From: Patescibacteria group bacterium
GTDB lineage: Bacteria > Patescibacteriota > Minisyncoccia > UBA6257 > HR35
Assembly: GCA_030549845.1 (NCBI GenBank)
Contig: JAUQQN010000001.1
Location: 133,668 to 197,667 of the forward strand
DNA: 64,000 bases
Direction: 5' to 3'
The notes below the pieces were generated by a model that was not told where the DNA came from, did no database searches, and was given only the letters and a program-made list of their open reading frames with translations. Positions 1 to 10,989 of the stretch are shown here, piece after piece (position 1 is the stretch's first letter; each line of letters begins with the position of its first letter). A program made the translations under genes and the position numbers.

Positions 1-448
1 ATTTTTTTAGGTTGATTTTTGCACTGTTCACTTTTTCGACCTTTTTAGGGCTATTTGTTAAAAATATTTCTACTTTAAATTTTAACTTATCTTTTATCTT
101 TTCATAATTTTTCTGATTAATATTTTTTAAGATTGCTATGTCAAATTCTCCAAATTCTCTGTATATTTCATTAAGTATTTCTTCGCTAATTTCACCATTG
201 ACAAAAATTATTTTTGTTTCTCTTGTGTATAAAACATAAATTACTTTATCATTATCCCTAAAGCCCCTGATAAAAATTCCATTTATTTCATATTCGCCTG
301 GCAAATTGAATACTTTGTCATAATTGATTTTTCTTGTAAGCTCTGATAAAATATTAATAGAATCTTTTTGAATTTTTATAGGATCTAAATATATTTTATT
401 TTCATTTAATTTTATCTCACAGCCGTTTTCAATTTTTTTTATTTCCAT
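1..448 (-). CDS. hypothetical protein, 3' end truncated by window start (ATG at 446..448 on minus strand; translation MEIKKIENGCEIKLNENKIYLDP...)
   Basis: Open reading frame on the minus strand runs off the window edge and was not in the ORF track because it is unclosed; no recognisable catalytic motif. Confidence 0.35.
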   Translation of the reverse strand, partial: MEIKKIENGCEIKLNENKIYLDPIKIQKDSINILSELTRKINYDKVFNLPGEYEINGIFIRGFRDNDKVIYVLYTRETKIIFVNGEISEEILNEIYREFGEFDIAILKNINQKNYEKIKDKLKFKVEIFLTNSPKKVEKVNSAKINLKK

Positions 449-470
449 TTTTTCTAATTATAATTATAAC

Positions 471-1535
471 ATGCAGAAGGCTGGTTTGGATAAGTTAACA
501 TCGCAAAATAAAATCATAAGAAATATAAATGTAGGTGATATTCATAAGGGATTTGTGATCAAAAAAAGAGCAAGGGAGGTTTTTATAGAAATACCTTTTA
601 TTGGAGTTGGAAGAGTTTATGGTATTGAGTATATGAAAGCTAAAAGTATAATTCAAAAAATTGATGAAGGAAGTGAAGTTGTTGTAAAAATAATAGGACT
701 AGATGATGGTTATGGAAATTTGGAATTAGAACTCCAAGATATAGAATCCATTAGTGTTTGGATGAAAGCAAAAGAAATTATGCAAAATAAAGGAATTGTG
801 GAATTAGAAGTTAAAGAAGCAAATAAAGGAGGATTGATTGTTGATTTTTATGGTATTAAAGGTTTTGTACCTGTATCTCAATTAGCACCAGAAAATTATC
901 CAAGAGTTGGAGAAAATAACAAACAAGAAATCTTAAAACATCTTAATAATTTTGTTGGCAAAAAAATGAAACTTGCTATTATAAGTGTTGATCCTTCTTC
1001 TCAAAAATTAATCCTTTCAGAAAGAAGTGCAAGAATTGAAGAATTTCAAAAAGTTCTTTCTCAATATAAAGTTGGGCAATTAGTCGAAGTTGAAATTTTA
1101 GGAACAAGTAAATTTGGAGTTTTTGTAAGAGTTCATTATAACCCTCACATCGATGGTTTAATCCATATAACAGAGATACCAGAAAGATTAAGGAATTTAG
1201 AAGAAAATTTTAAAAAGGGAGATAAAATAAAAGCTAAGATAATAAAAATAGAGGAGGACAGGGTTGCTTTAACTTTAAAGGGATTAGAAGAAGATCCATG
1301 GATCTCTTTTGCCGAAAAGTACAAAGTTGGTGATGTAGTTAAAGGAGTAGTTATTTCTAAAGAAGAATTTTTTGCTTCAGTTGATGTAGAGGGAGTGACC
1401 GGAATAATCTTGGAAAATTTTGAAAACTTAGAAATCAAAAAAGAGTATGAACTTATAATAGATCAATTAGATCCTTCGACCAAAAAACTCATCCTTAAAT
1501 TAAAAGAAAATGAATTTCAAAAATCCAATAGTTAA
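471..1535 (+). CDS. rpsA: S1 RNA-binding domain protein, 30S ribosomal protein S1-like (four S1 repeats)
   Basis: Repeated S1-fold segments (GDIHKGFVIKK...; GGLIVDFYGIKGFVPVSQL...; GQLVEVEILGTSKFGVFVRV...; GDVVKGVVISK...); 354 aa. Confidence 0.6.
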   Translation: MQKAGLDKLTSQNKIIRNINVGDIHKGFVIKKRAREVFIEIPFIGVGRVYGIEYMKAKSIIQKIDEGSEVVVKIIGLDDGYGNLELELQDIESISVWMKAKEIMQNKGIVELEVKEANKGGLIVDFYGIKGFVPVSQLAPENYPRVGENNKQEILKHLNNFVGKKMKLAIISVDPSSQKLILSERSARIEEFQKVLSQYKVGQLVEVEILGTSKFGVFVRVHYNPHIDGLIHITEIPERLRNLEENFKKGDKIKAKIIKIEEDRVALTLKGLEEDPWISFAEKYKVGDVVKGVVISKEEFFASVDVEGVTGIILENFENLEIKKEYELIIDQLDPSTKKLILKLKENEFQKSNS

Positions 1536-3342
1536 AAGTTTACTACTTACTTTTTTAATATTTTTGAGTTTTGTCATCTTTTCTTCTTATTTGTCTTACA
1601 AAAATATAAAAACTATTACTTTATCAAAATTTAAAGAACTTATTGAAAAAGGGGAGATTATTTCTCTTCATATTTATGACAATGCTATTTTAATTGAAAC
1701 TAAAAATAAAGAATACTTAAGGATCAATAAAGAAAGCAACTTAACTTTTTGGCAGTTACTTAAAGACCTAAATATACCCTATGAAAAAACTGAGAATATT
1801 AATGTTTCTGTACAAAATAAATCTGCTCAAGAACTTTTTGCAATGTTAGCTATTAATTTGCTACCTGCTTTGCTTATTGTAGGGATTTTTATCTATATGT
1901 TCTCTCAAGCTCAAAAAGGAGCTGGGCAGATATTCACTTTTTCCAAATCTTCTGTTAAAATGCATGACCCAAGAAAAGAAAGAATTACATTTAATGATGT
2001 TGCCGGCCTTAAGGAAGCTAAAGAAGAATTAAAAGAAGTAATTGACTTTTTAAAAAGCCCTCAAAAATTCTTAAACCTTGGAGCAAGGGTACCAAAAGGA
2101 GTTTTACTTGTAGGGCCACCAGGTACAGGAAAAACACTATTAGCAAAAGCAACAGCTTGTGAGGCTGGAGTTCCTTTTTTCTATATCTCAGGCTCTGAAT
2201 TTATAGAGCTTTTTGTAGGAGTAGGAGCAAGTAGAATTAGGGATGCTTTCTCTGTTGCAAAAAGATTCGCACCCTCAATTTTATTTATAGATGAAATAGA
2301 TTCAATTGGAAGAATGAGAGGCATAGGTCTTACTGGAGCACATGAAGAACGGGAGCAAACTTTAAATCAATTATTAGCAGAAATGGATGGTTTTGAAAAA
2401 GACATTCCGTTGGTTGTTATTGCAGCAACAAATAGGCCAGATGTTTTAGATCCTGCTCTTTTAAGACCTGGAAGGTTTGATAGGAAAATATATTTAGATT
2501 TACCAACATTGTCGGAAAGAGAAGAAATCTTGAAAATTCACTTAAAGAATAAAAAAGTAGGAAATATAAATCTTAAAGAAATAGCTGAAAGAACTCCTGG
2601 ATTTTCAGGCGCAGATCTTGCAAATTTGTGTAATGAAGCAGCTATTTTAGCAGCAAGGAAAAATAAAACTCAAATAGAACAACAAGAATTATTAGAAGCA
2701 ATAGAAAAAGTTTTACTAGGGCCAGAAAGAAAATCTAAAGTTTATTCCAAAAAAGAAAAATTAATTGCTGCATATCATGAAAGTGGACACGCAATAGTAG
2801 CTCATTATCTACCGCACTCATCACCAGTTCAAAAAATTTCAATTATAGCAAGAGCAAAAGCAGGTGGTTATACGCTTAAAACTCCTCTTGAGGAAAGATC
2901 TTTTTTATTTAAAAAAGAATTTTTAGATGAAATATCTGCATTACTTGGTGGTTACGCAGCAGAACTTCTAGTATTTAATGATATATCAACCGGCGCAAGC
3001 TCTGACTTGAGAGTGGCTACAGATTTAGCAAGAGAACTAGTTACCACATACGGAATGTCTGAAGAATTTGGGCCTATAAGTTTAGGTAGAAAACAAGAAA
3101 TTATTTATGGAATTAAAGAAACTATAATTGAAAAAGATTATTCTGAAAAAACTGCAGAAAAAATTGATGAAGAAGTACAAAAGATTTTAAAAACAGCCTT
3201 AGAAAGAGCTAAAAAGGTTTTAGAAATGAAAAAAGAAAAATTAGATAAGCTTGCTAAAGCCTTAGTTAGAAAAGAAGTTATAGAAAGAAAACAATTTGAA
3301 AGAATATTAGGAGAACCCAAGGGCTCTTTAAAAGAAATTTAA
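1510..3342 (+). CDS. ftsH: ATP-dependent zinc metalloprotease FtsH
   Basis: N-terminal TM helices, AAA+ Walker [14 protein letters not shown], second region of homology, zinc motif HESGHAIV; 610 aa. Confidence 0.92.
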   Translation: MNFKNPIVKSLLLTFLIFLSFVIFSSYLSYKNIKTITLSKFKELIEKGEIISLHIYDNAILIETKNKEYLRINKESNLTFWQLLKDLNIPYEKTENINVSVQNKSAQELFAMLAINLLPALLIVGIFIYMFSQAQKGAGQIFTFSKSSVKMHDPRKERITFNDVAGLKEAKEELKEVIDFLKSPQKFLNLGARVPKGVLLVGPPGTGKTLLAKATACEAGVPFFYISGSEFIELFVGVGASRIRDAFSVAKRFAPSILFIDEIDSIGRMRGIGLTGAHEEREQTLNQLLAEMDGFEKDIPLVVIAATNRPDVLDPALLRPGRFDRKIYLDLPTLSEREEILKIHLKNKKVGNINLKEIAERTPGFSGADLANLCNEAAILAARKNKTQIEQQELLEAIEKVLLGPERKSKVYSKKEKLIAAYHESGHAIVAHYLPHSSPVQKISIIARAKAGGYTLKTPLEERSFLFKKEFLDEISALLGGYAAELLVFNDISTGASSDLRVATDLARELVTTYGMSEEFGPISLGRKQEIIYGIKETIIEKDYSEKTAEKIDEEVQKILKTALERAKKVLEMKKEKLDKLAKALVRKEVIERKQFERILGEPKGSLKEI

Positions 3343-4676
3343 ACTGAAGGAATCTCTGGCGACGGAGGTATATATCTTGTTGGGGTGATCTCTAATCCAT
3401 ATGGAGGAACAACTTCTATTGGAATATGGAAAATAGAAGCTAATTCCTCTGTATTTAATATTATCCTATTCTCATCATAATCTGTATTCCATCTTCCTTT
3501 AAGATATGCCCAAATTATCCTCTTTCTAAAAAATATTTTCTCATCGTATAAAGATTTATAAAAAGTAACTGGCCTATCAATTGTCGTAACTGTTTTTACA
3601 TCCCTTAATATTCCATTCAAATCTTGTCTTTCAAAAATTTTAAAGGCACCCATAACTAAACCAATATTTCTATCCCTTTTTTGACTAAATATATCTTTAG
3701 TTGCTACATAACAGAATCTAATTACACACCAATATCCAGGTTTTGATATTTTCTTTTCTATAGCCTCTATAATCTCTCTTTCTCCTGGAGTTAGCTTCAT
3801 TAAATCTAAAGATTGAGCCTCTGTTTTTTCTTCTTTACCTACTTTCCATTCAATAGGTTGAAACCAGACTAAAAATAAATTTTTGATAAACTCTAAAATG
3901 TAATCTAAAGGCCTTGGTTCTACTTTTTCTTTTCTGCCCATTAATTTATTAACCTCTTTTTTGCCCCTAGCTCCCCATTCTCTTCCGAATTCTTTATCAT
4001 TAGGGGGTACAGGCATAGCCATAATTTGAATAACAATCCATTCTTTGTCTGAAAGATAGGTTGCTCCTTCAGATAAAAGCCCTATTGGATCAATTCTTTG
4101 TTCTTCTGGTAATTTTTCCCAAACTTCATATGTTTTTATTGGATAGTAGTCTTTTGGGGTTTGTTTATCATCTTCTGTTTTGGTAAACACAAATTCACAA
4201 CCAAAAACATCAAACGTAGGATTAGGAATTTTCCATGGCAAATCTTTTAGCGGATCTTCTACTTCCTCTACAGATGCCTCTGGATATTGAGAATAAATTC
4301 TGCTTGCTACAAAGTCTTTTAAGCTATCTAAACATCTTATAATAAATCTCAGCTTTCCATTATGCATATGCATTTCAAAAACATAAAAAGGAGGAGTAAA
4401 ACCTTGCATGTACCTTGCCCAAGGATCTCCTTTCCTAAAAACAGCATGTAAAGAGTAAAAAATTTCTTCCATGGCTTTAGGTGATTTTTTTACATAAGGC
4501 GGCACCTTAAGTTCTAAAAAAACCCACTTTAGCCCACCTCTATATCGATATCTGACTGTAGTTAAATGTTTTTCTTTTACAACAAACCAAACAAGAAAAG
4601 GGAGTAGTATCCACCATATACTTAGTATAAAGCCTATTATAAACTTAAAGAAATTAATCATTTTTAAGGCTAACAA
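3339..4676 (-). CDS. hypothetical membrane-anchored protein
   Basis: 445-aa ORF with an N-terminal TM helix and no recognisable motif; overlaps neighbours by 4 nt and 23 nt. Confidence 0.45.
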   Translation of the reverse strand: MLALKMINFFKFIIGFILSIWWILLPFLVWFVVKEKHLTTVRYRYRGGLKWVFLELKVPPYVKKSPKAMEEIFYSLHAVFRKGDPWARYMQGFTPPFYVFEMHMHNGKLRFIIRCLDSLKDFVASRIYSQYPEASVEEVEDPLKDLPWKIPNPTFDVFGCEFVFTKTEDDKQTPKDYYPIKTYEVWEKLPEEQRIDPIGLLSEGATYLSDKEWIVIQIMAMPVPPNDKEFGREWGARGKKEVNKLMGRKEKVEPRPLDYILEFIKNLFLVWFQPIEWKVGKEEKTEAQSLDLMKLTPGEREIIEAIEKKISKPGYWCVIRFCYVATKDIFSQKRDRNIGLVMGAFKIFERQDLNGILRDVKTVTTIDRPVTFYKSLYDEKIFFRKRIIWAYLKGRWNTDYDENRIILNTEELASIFHIPIEVVPPYGLEITPTRYIPPSPEIPSV

Positions 4677-5736
4677 TATTTTTATTTACTTTGAAGTTTT
4701 TATATAAATAAATTTTGAAAGTATTTGGAGAAATTTCTTTATGTCTTCTAACTATTTCATAAAGCTTTTCAATTTCTATCTCTTTTTCTTCTTCTACAAT
4801 TTTTTTAATCAAATCTATTATATGACCTTCAGCATATCCCCATTCTTTTAATGCATATTTCCCTCTACCATACTTTACAAACTCTGGATTATAAATTAAA
4901 GCATTATGTATAGATCTATAATCATATGTCTTTTTCCATGCAGAATGCAAAAGCTCATCTTCTATTTGGGATAATTCTTTTAGTTTTTCGTATATCTCTA
5001 TAAAATGAAGAGGTCTTTTTTCTAATTCAAAAATTATTTTAATTTTATCACTTAAAGAGCTTGGTGCTATTCTTTCATGATTAATATACCCTATTTCATT
5101 CAATGGATTTTTCTTTATTATTTTTGAAATTTTTATAAACTCTATAATGTCTTCTATATCGGGCGTTATTTTTAAGTGCGTTTTTATTTCATCTCTTATA
5201 ATGTCAAAAAGGTTTTCTTCTTTTAATGGTTTACTTAATTTAATTAATCTTGAATTTATGTGTTCTAAAATTAATTTGCTTTTTATTAAAACTTCTTTTA
5301 TAGTACTTAAATATGAGAAAAATATCTTTGTTTCTACTTCATAATGGAAATTTTCGTAAATTACAAAAAACAATCTTAGTATATTTTCGATGTTCTCATC
5401 AATATCATAAAGATCTTTAAGTTTTTTGAAAATATAAAATTCTCTTTTGACTTTTAGGTTACCTAAAATATCATGAATCTCTGGATATATCCTTTTTTCA
5501 AAATATTGAAGGGTTGAAGATTTTTTACTCATTTTATTTAATGCCTTATTTTCTATTTGTCTAACCCTTTCTCTAGTAATACCATATTCTTTTCCTATTT
5601 TTTCTAATGACATTCTGGGATTTTCTATCCCAAACCTTTTTTTAATAATATCAATTTCTCTTTTATCTAGTTCACTTAATAGTTCATCTAATGTATTATA
5701 TATTTCTGTTTTCATCTTCTGCTTTAAATTATACAA
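4654..5736 (-). CDS. sigma-70 region-4 HTH domain protein (N-terminal region-4-like HTH plus ~270-aa uncharacterised C-terminal domain)
   Basis: N-terminal segment LDKREIDIIKKRFGIENPRMSLEKIGKEYGITRERVRQIENKALNKM matches sigma-70 region 4 (TRERVRQIE...AL.K); the rest has no similarity I recognise. Confidence 0.5.
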   Translation of the reverse strand: MYNLKQKMKTEIYNTLDELLSELDKREIDIIKKRFGIENPRMSLEKIGKEYGITRERVRQIENKALNKMSKKSSTLQYFEKRIYPEIHDILGNLKVKREFYIFKKLKDLYDIDENIENILRLFFVIYENFHYEVETKIFFSYLSTIKEVLIKSKLILEHINSRLIKLSKPLKEENLFDIIRDEIKTHLKITPDIEDIIEFIKISKIIKKNPLNEIGYINHERIAPSSLSDKIKIIFELEKRPLHFIEIYEKLKELSQIEDELLHSAWKKTYDYRSIHNALIYNPEFVKYGRGKYALKEWGYAEGHIIDLIKKIVEEEKEIEIEKLYEIVRRHKEISPNTFKIYLYKNFKVNKNIVSLKND

Positions 5737-5830
5737 TAAAAATAAAAAAGCGAAAATAAAATTTACAAATAAAAGCCTATAAAATTATTCATAAATAATC
5801 GCAAGGTATTATATAATATTTTTATATAAA

Positions 5831-5903
5831 GCGGCGGTAGTTCAGTGGTAGAACGTCTGCCTTCCAAGCAGAAGGTCGCGGGTTCGAATCCCGTCCGCCG
5901 CTC
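5831..5903 (+). tRNA. tRNA-Gly (anticodon TCC)
   Basis: GCGGCGG...CCGCCGC acceptor stem, D-loop AGTTCAGTGGTAGAAC, anticodon loop CTTCCAA, T-loop GGTTCGAATCC; GC-rich against an AT-rich background. Confidence 0.85.
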
Positions 5904-5905
5904 AC

Positions 5906-7282
5906 ATGTTAAACTTTAAAAATCTTAATATAAAACAAATAAAAGATATAATAAAAGAAATTGGCCTTGAATCCTTCTATAATGAATATTTTGAATGGAT
6001 AAAGAAAGAGGACAAGAGGATAAGAGGATTTTTGTTTTTTACTGAAAATCTTGCAAAAAATCTTGTAGAAGAGCTAAAAAATAAAAAGGGAGATTTACCA
6101 CTTTACGGAATACCCATAGCTATTAAAGATAATATTTTAGTAAAAGGAGAAAAGTGCACTGCTGGTTCAAAAATTTTAGAAAATTATATTGCTACATATG
6201 ATGCTACAGTAATAAAAAAATTAAAAGCTGCTGGAGCTGTGATTGTTGGTAAAACTAATATGGATGAGTTTGCAATGGGTTCTTCTACTGAATACTCTGC
6301 TTATTTTCCTACATTTAATCCTTTTGATTCTTCTAAAGTACCTGGTGGATCTTCAGGAGGATCTGCAGCTGTTGTAGGAGCTGGTCTTTTGCCAATTGCA
6401 TTAGGCTCAGATACAGGAGGTTCTATAAGGCAACCTGCTGCATTTTGTGGAATTTATGGTTTAAAACCAACATATGGAGCGGTATCGAGATATGGATTAA
6501 TTGCTATGGCATCTTCTTTAGATCAAATAGGACCTTTGGCTAAAGATTTAGAAGATTTGATAACTTTATTTGAAGTCATAAGAGGCAAAGATCCTAAGGA
6601 TTCTACAAGTGTTGAGTTTCCTCAAGATAAAATAAAAGAAACTCAAATAAAAACAATTGGTTTGCCAAAAGAATTTTTTGAGGATGCTGATTCTAAAATT
6701 TCTTCACTTATCTTAGAAAAAATTAAAAAAACAAATTTAAAAATCAAGGAAATTTCTTTAAAGTACGTAAAATACGGTATTCATTGTTATTATTTAATAA
6801 TGCCAGCAGAGGTTAGTTCAAACCTAGCAAGATATGAAGGAATTAGGTACAGCAAAAGAGAAAAGGGTAAATTATGGGAAGTTTATGAAAAAACCAGGGG
6901 TAAATATCTTGGAAAAGAAGTAAAAAGAAGAATTATTATAGGCACATTTGTTTTATCCCATGGTTATTATGAGGCTTATTATTTAAAAGCTCAAAAATTA
7001 AGAAGGGCTATTTTTGAAGATTTCCAGAATGCATTTAAAGAAGTTGATTTAATAATTTCTCCAACATCTCCTAGTCTACCTTTCAATTTAGGAGAAAAGA
7101 TTGAAGATCCTTTAAAAATGTATTTGTCAGATATTTATACAGTTCCGGTAAATCTTGCAGGGCTTCCTGCTTTAAATATTCCTGCTGGTTTTATAAATGG
7201 TTTACCTGTTGGCCTTCAAGTCATAGGAAATTTATTTGATGAATATAAATTATTTGAATTCGCAAAAATATTAGAAAAATAA
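5906..7282 (+). CDS. gatA: Glu-tRNA(Gln)/Asp-tRNA(Asn) amidotransferase subunit A
   Basis: Amidase signature region (GGSSGGSAAVVGAG...GSDTGGSIRQPAAFCGIYGLKPTYG); 458 aa. Confidence 0.88.
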   Translation: MLNFKNLNIKQIKDIIKEIGLESFYNEYFEWIKKEDKRIRGFLFFTENLAKNLVEELKNKKGDLPLYGIPIAIKDNILVKGEKCTAGSKILENYIATYDATVIKKLKAAGAVIVGKTNMDEFAMGSSTEYSAYFPTFNPFDSSKVPGGSSGGSAAVVGAGLLPIALGSDTGGSIRQPAAFCGIYGLKPTYGAVSRYGLIAMASSLDQIGPLAKDLEDLITLFEVIRGKDPKDSTSVEFPQDKIKETQIKTIGLPKEFFEDADSKISSLILEKIKKTNLKIKEISLKYVKYGIHCYYLIMPAEVSSNLARYEGIRYSKREKGKLWEVYEKTRGKYLGKEVKRRIIIGTFVLSHGYYEAYYLKAQKLRRAIFEDFQNAFKEVDLIISPTSPSLPFNLGEKIEDPLKMYLSDIYTVPVNLAGLPALNIPAGFINGLPVGLQVIGNLFDEYKLFEFAKILEK

Positions 7283-7867
7283 ATGGAGGTTTTGCAAAGA
7301 ATATTAGAAATTTTTAGTAAAATTGCAGGGCTTTTGTTTAACATTCCTGAATTTCAAAAATTAAGAATTTTAATATCTTTGTTCTCAATTATTTTTTCCT
7401 TGCTTTTAATTTTCTATTGGATTCATCTTGAAAGAAAATATAAATATGGCTCTGAGTGGTGGAGTTTTCTTATTAAATACTTTTTAGAAGCTTTTATAAA
7501 GCCCGAATATTTTAAAAATGAGTGGAGGAAAATCAAAAATTTGTTTGTAACTGATCATATATCTTCTTTATTAAAAACTTATCAATTTTTACAAGAAGTT
7601 ATAGATTTATATGGATATGAAAAAGGTAATTTGAAAGAAAAGTTTTTACAAATTCCAAATCAAGTTTATAACAAAAAAGAAAGATATGAGATGGCGCTAG
7701 AGGCCCTAGAGGTGATTTATAATAAAATTCAGAAAAAAGAGGAAATAGAAATTACTAAATTAGATGCTCTATCAATTTTGAAAGAAATTGAAAGTATGTT
7801 AGGAGATCTTTTTGTAATCAGTCCTGAAGATTACTGGGCAAACTTTCAAGTTGTGCCTGAAGAGTAA
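7283..7867 (+). CDS. hypothetical membrane protein
   Basis: 194-aa ORF with one predicted TM segment, immediately downstream of gatA. Confidence 0.4.
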   Translation: MEVLQRILEIFSKIAGLLFNIPEFQKLRILISLFSIIFSLLLIFYWIHLERKYKYGSEWWSFLIKYFLEAFIKPEYFKNEWRKIKNLFVTDHISSLLKTYQFLQEVIDLYGYEKGNLKEKFLQIPNQVYNKKERYEMALEALEVIYNKIQKKEEIEITKLDALSILKEIESMLGDLFVISPEDYWANFQVVPEE

Positions 7868-9098
7868 TTATCTTGCCATTTCTCCAAATTTTTAAATTTA
7901 TAATATCTCCAACTTTTCTTGAAGTTATTTGTTGAGCTAAGGTATTTTGAGGAGTAATTTTTACACCATTAACTTCTAAGATAATATCTCCCTTTTTAAT
8001 GCCTGCTTTTTCTGCTGGAGAATTTGGTAAAACTGCAGGTTTTTTATCATCTTCAGAATAAACATATGCGCCATAGTCAAATGGAAGATTAAATTTCTTT
8101 TGGATTTCTTCTGTAACCAACAAATACCTTACACCTAAAAATGGTACCTCTACTTTTCCTTTTGTACTAAGATCATAAAGCATATTCTTTAATCTGTTAA
8201 CTGGAATAGCAAAACCAATATTTTCTGCTCCACTTACTATTGCAGTATTTATACCTATTACTTCACCCCTAAGGTTTATTAATGGACCACCAGAATTACC
8301 TGGATTTATTGCTGCATCTGTTTGAATTAACCCTTCTAACCTTTGAATGTTACCTAAATTGTCACTCGCTACAATATTTCTTCTAAGACCAGAAACCACT
8401 CCTACACTAACAGTATTTTGAAACTCTCCTAATGCATTTCCTATTGCTATTACTGTCTGTCCTAATTTTAATTTATTAGAATCTCCTAATTTCAAATAAG
8501 GTAAATTTGTGGCATTTATTTTAATTATTGCTAAATCATCAATAGGATGTAATGCTATTACTTTTCCTTTATATTTTCTCCCGTCATTCAAATAAACGGT
8601 GTATTCTGCATCTTTTTCATTTACAACATGTTTATTAGTAGCAATTAAACCATCAGAAGAAATTATAAATCCTGTACCTGCACCTATTTGTTTCTTTTCA
8701 GTACCTTTTTGTCTATATTGGGGAATTTGGAATTCAAAGAAAAATTGTCTAAATTCTGGAGGTAAATCAAATTCATCAAATGGGTTGATATAATATTTTT
8801 CAAATATTGGAACATCTTTACTAATTACAATACTAACTACAGCTGGAGATGATTTTTCAACTATTTCAGTTATCAATTTTTCATAATCAGCAACTGGTTT
8901 ATATTCTGGTATTTGCTCAAATATAGTTTCTGGCGTTTCTACTTTGATGTTTTGGATTTTCGGATTATAAATTAATTTTTTTAATGCATCGATTAGATTT
9001 TGCAAATTAGCTTGGGCAATTGCGAGATTGAATGAAATTATTAAAGCTACTATGGCTATTAAAGTAATGTAAAATATGTAATTTCTTATTCCTTTCAT
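7818..9098 (-). CDS. htrA: HtrA/DegP-family periplasmic serine endoprotease with C-terminal PDZ domain
   Basis: Signal anchor, trypsin-fold catalytic residues (NKHVV..., DAAINPGNSGGPL), PDZ-like C-terminus; 426 aa. Confidence 0.85.
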   Translation of the reverse strand: MKGIRNYIFYITLIAIVALIISFNLAIAQANLQNLIDALKKLIYNPKIQNIKVETPETIFEQIPEYKPVADYEKLITEIVEKSSPAVVSIVISKDVPIFEKYYINPFDEFDLPPEFRQFFFEFQIPQYRQKGTEKKQIGAGTGFIISSDGLIATNKHVVNEKDAEYTVYLNDGRKYKGKVIALHPIDDLAIIKINATNLPYLKLGDSNKLKLGQTVIAIGNALGEFQNTVSVGVVSGLRRNIVASDNLGNIQRLEGLIQTDAAINPGNSGGPLINLRGEVIGINTAIVSGAENIGFAIPVNRLKNMLYDLSTKGKVEVPFLGVRYLLVTEEIQKKFNLPFDYGAYVYSEDDKKPAVLPNSPAEKAGIKKGDIILEVNGVKITPQNTLAQQITSRKVGDIINLKIWRNGKIITLQAQLESLPSNLQD

Positions 9099-9140
9099 TT
9101 TTTAAGTAAGTTAATTGATGCTTTTGTTATTCCTAATATA

Positions 9141-10988
9141 TTATAACTCATTTTCAAAATCAAAGAAGCTTTCATGAAATAAGTTTTTATACTTTGGATG
9201 ATTTGAGAAATATATCTTCATTATTTCTTTAAACAAAGGCAAGGTAGCAACAGATCCTTCTGGTACTTCCTCTACAAAAACCACTAATACTATCTCTGGG
9301 CTAGGATATGGTGCATAACCTGCAAAAAAGGCGTTTAATTTTCTCTTTCCTAAAACATGTGGTGAACCACTTTTCCCTGCTATAGGGATAGGAAAATCAT
9401 TTAAAATTTTAGCTGTACCTTGAGTTACAGTCATTCTCATCCCCTCTTGAACAATTCTTAAATTTTCTATATTTACTAAATTTTCCTTCAAAATTTCTGG
9501 TTTTTTTTCATAAACAACATTTCCTTTGTAATCTAATATTTTTTGTACTAAAAATGGACGAATTAGCTTATTTGTTGCCAAAGCAGAAGTAAAAATTGCT
9601 ATTTGAAGGGGAGTTACTAATAAATCTCCTTGTCCGATACTTACATTATAAGTATCACCTATCCTCCAGATTGGATCTAATTTATTATTCTTTTTAGTTT
9701 CAGGAGTTGGGATAAAACCTTCTTTTTCTCCTGATAAATCTATTCCTGTTTTTCTACCTAAGCCAAACAGTTCAAAGTATTTTTTAATGTTATAAATTCC
9801 TAAACCTTTTTGATCTTTATACCCACCTCCTATTGTGTAAAAATATACATTTACAGAATTTGCTATAGCTTCTTTCATATTTACATAACCATGAATTTTC
9901 CAATCTTTGAAAATCCAATCTTTTCCTGGGAAATAAGGATTAGGAATCCTTAATTCACCACTTGAGTAGATTTTCTTTTCTGGATCAATTATTTTTTCCT
10001 CAAGCGCCCCCACTGCTAAGATCGGCTTTACAATAGAACCAGGAGCATACAATCCTGAGATCACTCTGTTAAAAAGAGGATTCATTGGGTCATTTAAAAT
10101 TTCTTTTATTTTATATCTTTTTTTATCAAATATATCTATATCAAAACTTGGATAAGATATCATGGCTAAAATTTCTCCTGTATTTGGGTTGATAGCTAGC
10201 ATGCCTCCTTTTTTATACCCTCTTTCTTCCATATATCTTTTAAAGGCTTCATATGCTTTTTTCTGAAAATCACTATCTATTGTTAAAACAAGGGAGTAAC
10301 CTATTAATGGTTCTTTTTTGTTTTTAATACTTATCACATTCGCTCTTGCATCTTTTATAAAATTTATTTCTCCATTAATTCCCCGCAAAAATTTGTCATA
10401 ATCTTTTTCTACACCAAGCTTTCCAATATATTCATTTGGTTTTAAATTAAAGGTCTTAATTTCTTCTTCATTAGGAAAACCTAAGTATCCTATAATATTA
10501 GAAAATTCTTCAACAAAATTATATTTTCTTTTAAATGTATTTATAACTCTCACCTCAAGTAAATCAGGATATTTAATAATAAAATTAAATGCAACATTTT
10601 TTGGTAAATTTTTTACTACTAAGATATTGTTAGAAACTTCCGAATCTAAGTTATAATTTTTAACAACTTCCTCAACTTCCCTTAGGATACTTTCTGAGAT
10701 TTTTGAAATATCTACAAGTAAATCAAAAGAGTCTTCATTTTCAACTAAAATTTTTTTATTTCTATCAAAAATAACCCCTCTTGGTGCTGGTAAAATAAAT
10801 TGGATGCTTTGATTTTTTTGGGCCAATGCTAACCATTTTTTATGCTCAAAAACAGAAAACTTTAAAAACGCACCAACATACAAAAAAATAAATAAAAATA
10901 ATGCAAAAATAAAAGTTTTCGGAAGGTCAAAGGATTTAAAATAAAAATCGCCTTTTTCTTTTATTATCTCTTCATCTATCCATTCCAT
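9141..10988 (-). CDS. mrdA: peptidoglycan D,D-transpeptidase, penicillin-binding protein 2
   Basis: N-terminal TM, transpeptidase motifs SIVK (SxxK), SVN (SxN), KSG; located directly downstream of mreBCD. Confidence 0.8.
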   Translation of the reverse strand: MEWIDEEIIKEKGDFYFKSFDLPKTFIFALFLFIFLYVGAFLKFSVFEHKKWLALAQKNQSIQFILPAPRGVIFDRNKKILVENEDSFDLLVDISKISESILREVEEVVKNYNLDSEVSNNILVVKNLPKNVAFNFIIKYPDLLEVRVINTFKRKYNFVEEFSNIIGYLGFPNEEEIKTFNLKPNEYIGKLGVEKDYDKFLRGINGEINFIKDARANVISIKNKKEPLIGYSLVLTIDSDFQKKAYEAFKRYMEERGYKKGGMLAINPNTGEILAMISYPSFDIDIFDKKRYKIKEILNDPMNPLFNRVISGLYAPGSIVKPILAVGALEEKIIDPEKKIYSSGELRIPNPYFPGKDWIFKDWKIHGYVNMKEAIANSVNVYFYTIGGGYKDQKGLGIYNIKKYFELFGLGRKTGIDLSGEKEGFIPTPETKKNNKLDPIWRIGDTYNVSIGQGDLLVTPLQIAIFTSALATNKLIRPFLVQKILDYKGNVVYEKKPEILKENLVNIENLRIVQEGMRMTVTQGTAKILNDFPIPIAGKSGSPHVLGKRKLNAFFAGYAPYPSPEIVLVVFVEEVPEGSVATLPLFKEIMKIYFSNHPKYKNLFHESFFDFENEL

Positions 10989-10989
10989 T

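Noticed and set aside
1145-1438. Short antisense or overlapping ORFs in the six-frame track
   Set aside because: These are 1145..1438, 3138..3320, 5147..5344, 8599..8793, 12251..12454, 14654..14845, 17680..17928, 25868..26068, 27710..27904, 30440..30670, 35844..36138, 36748..36933, 37735..37929, 38832..39044, 42099..42335, 42954..43724, 46724..47413, 50096..50314, 52532..53074, 54017..54310, 55367..55567, 56386..56739, 57686..57877 and 59066..59290. All lie entirely inside and antisense to well-supported genes. They have low-complexity, AT-codon-biased translations and no start signals, which is expected in an AT-rich genome.
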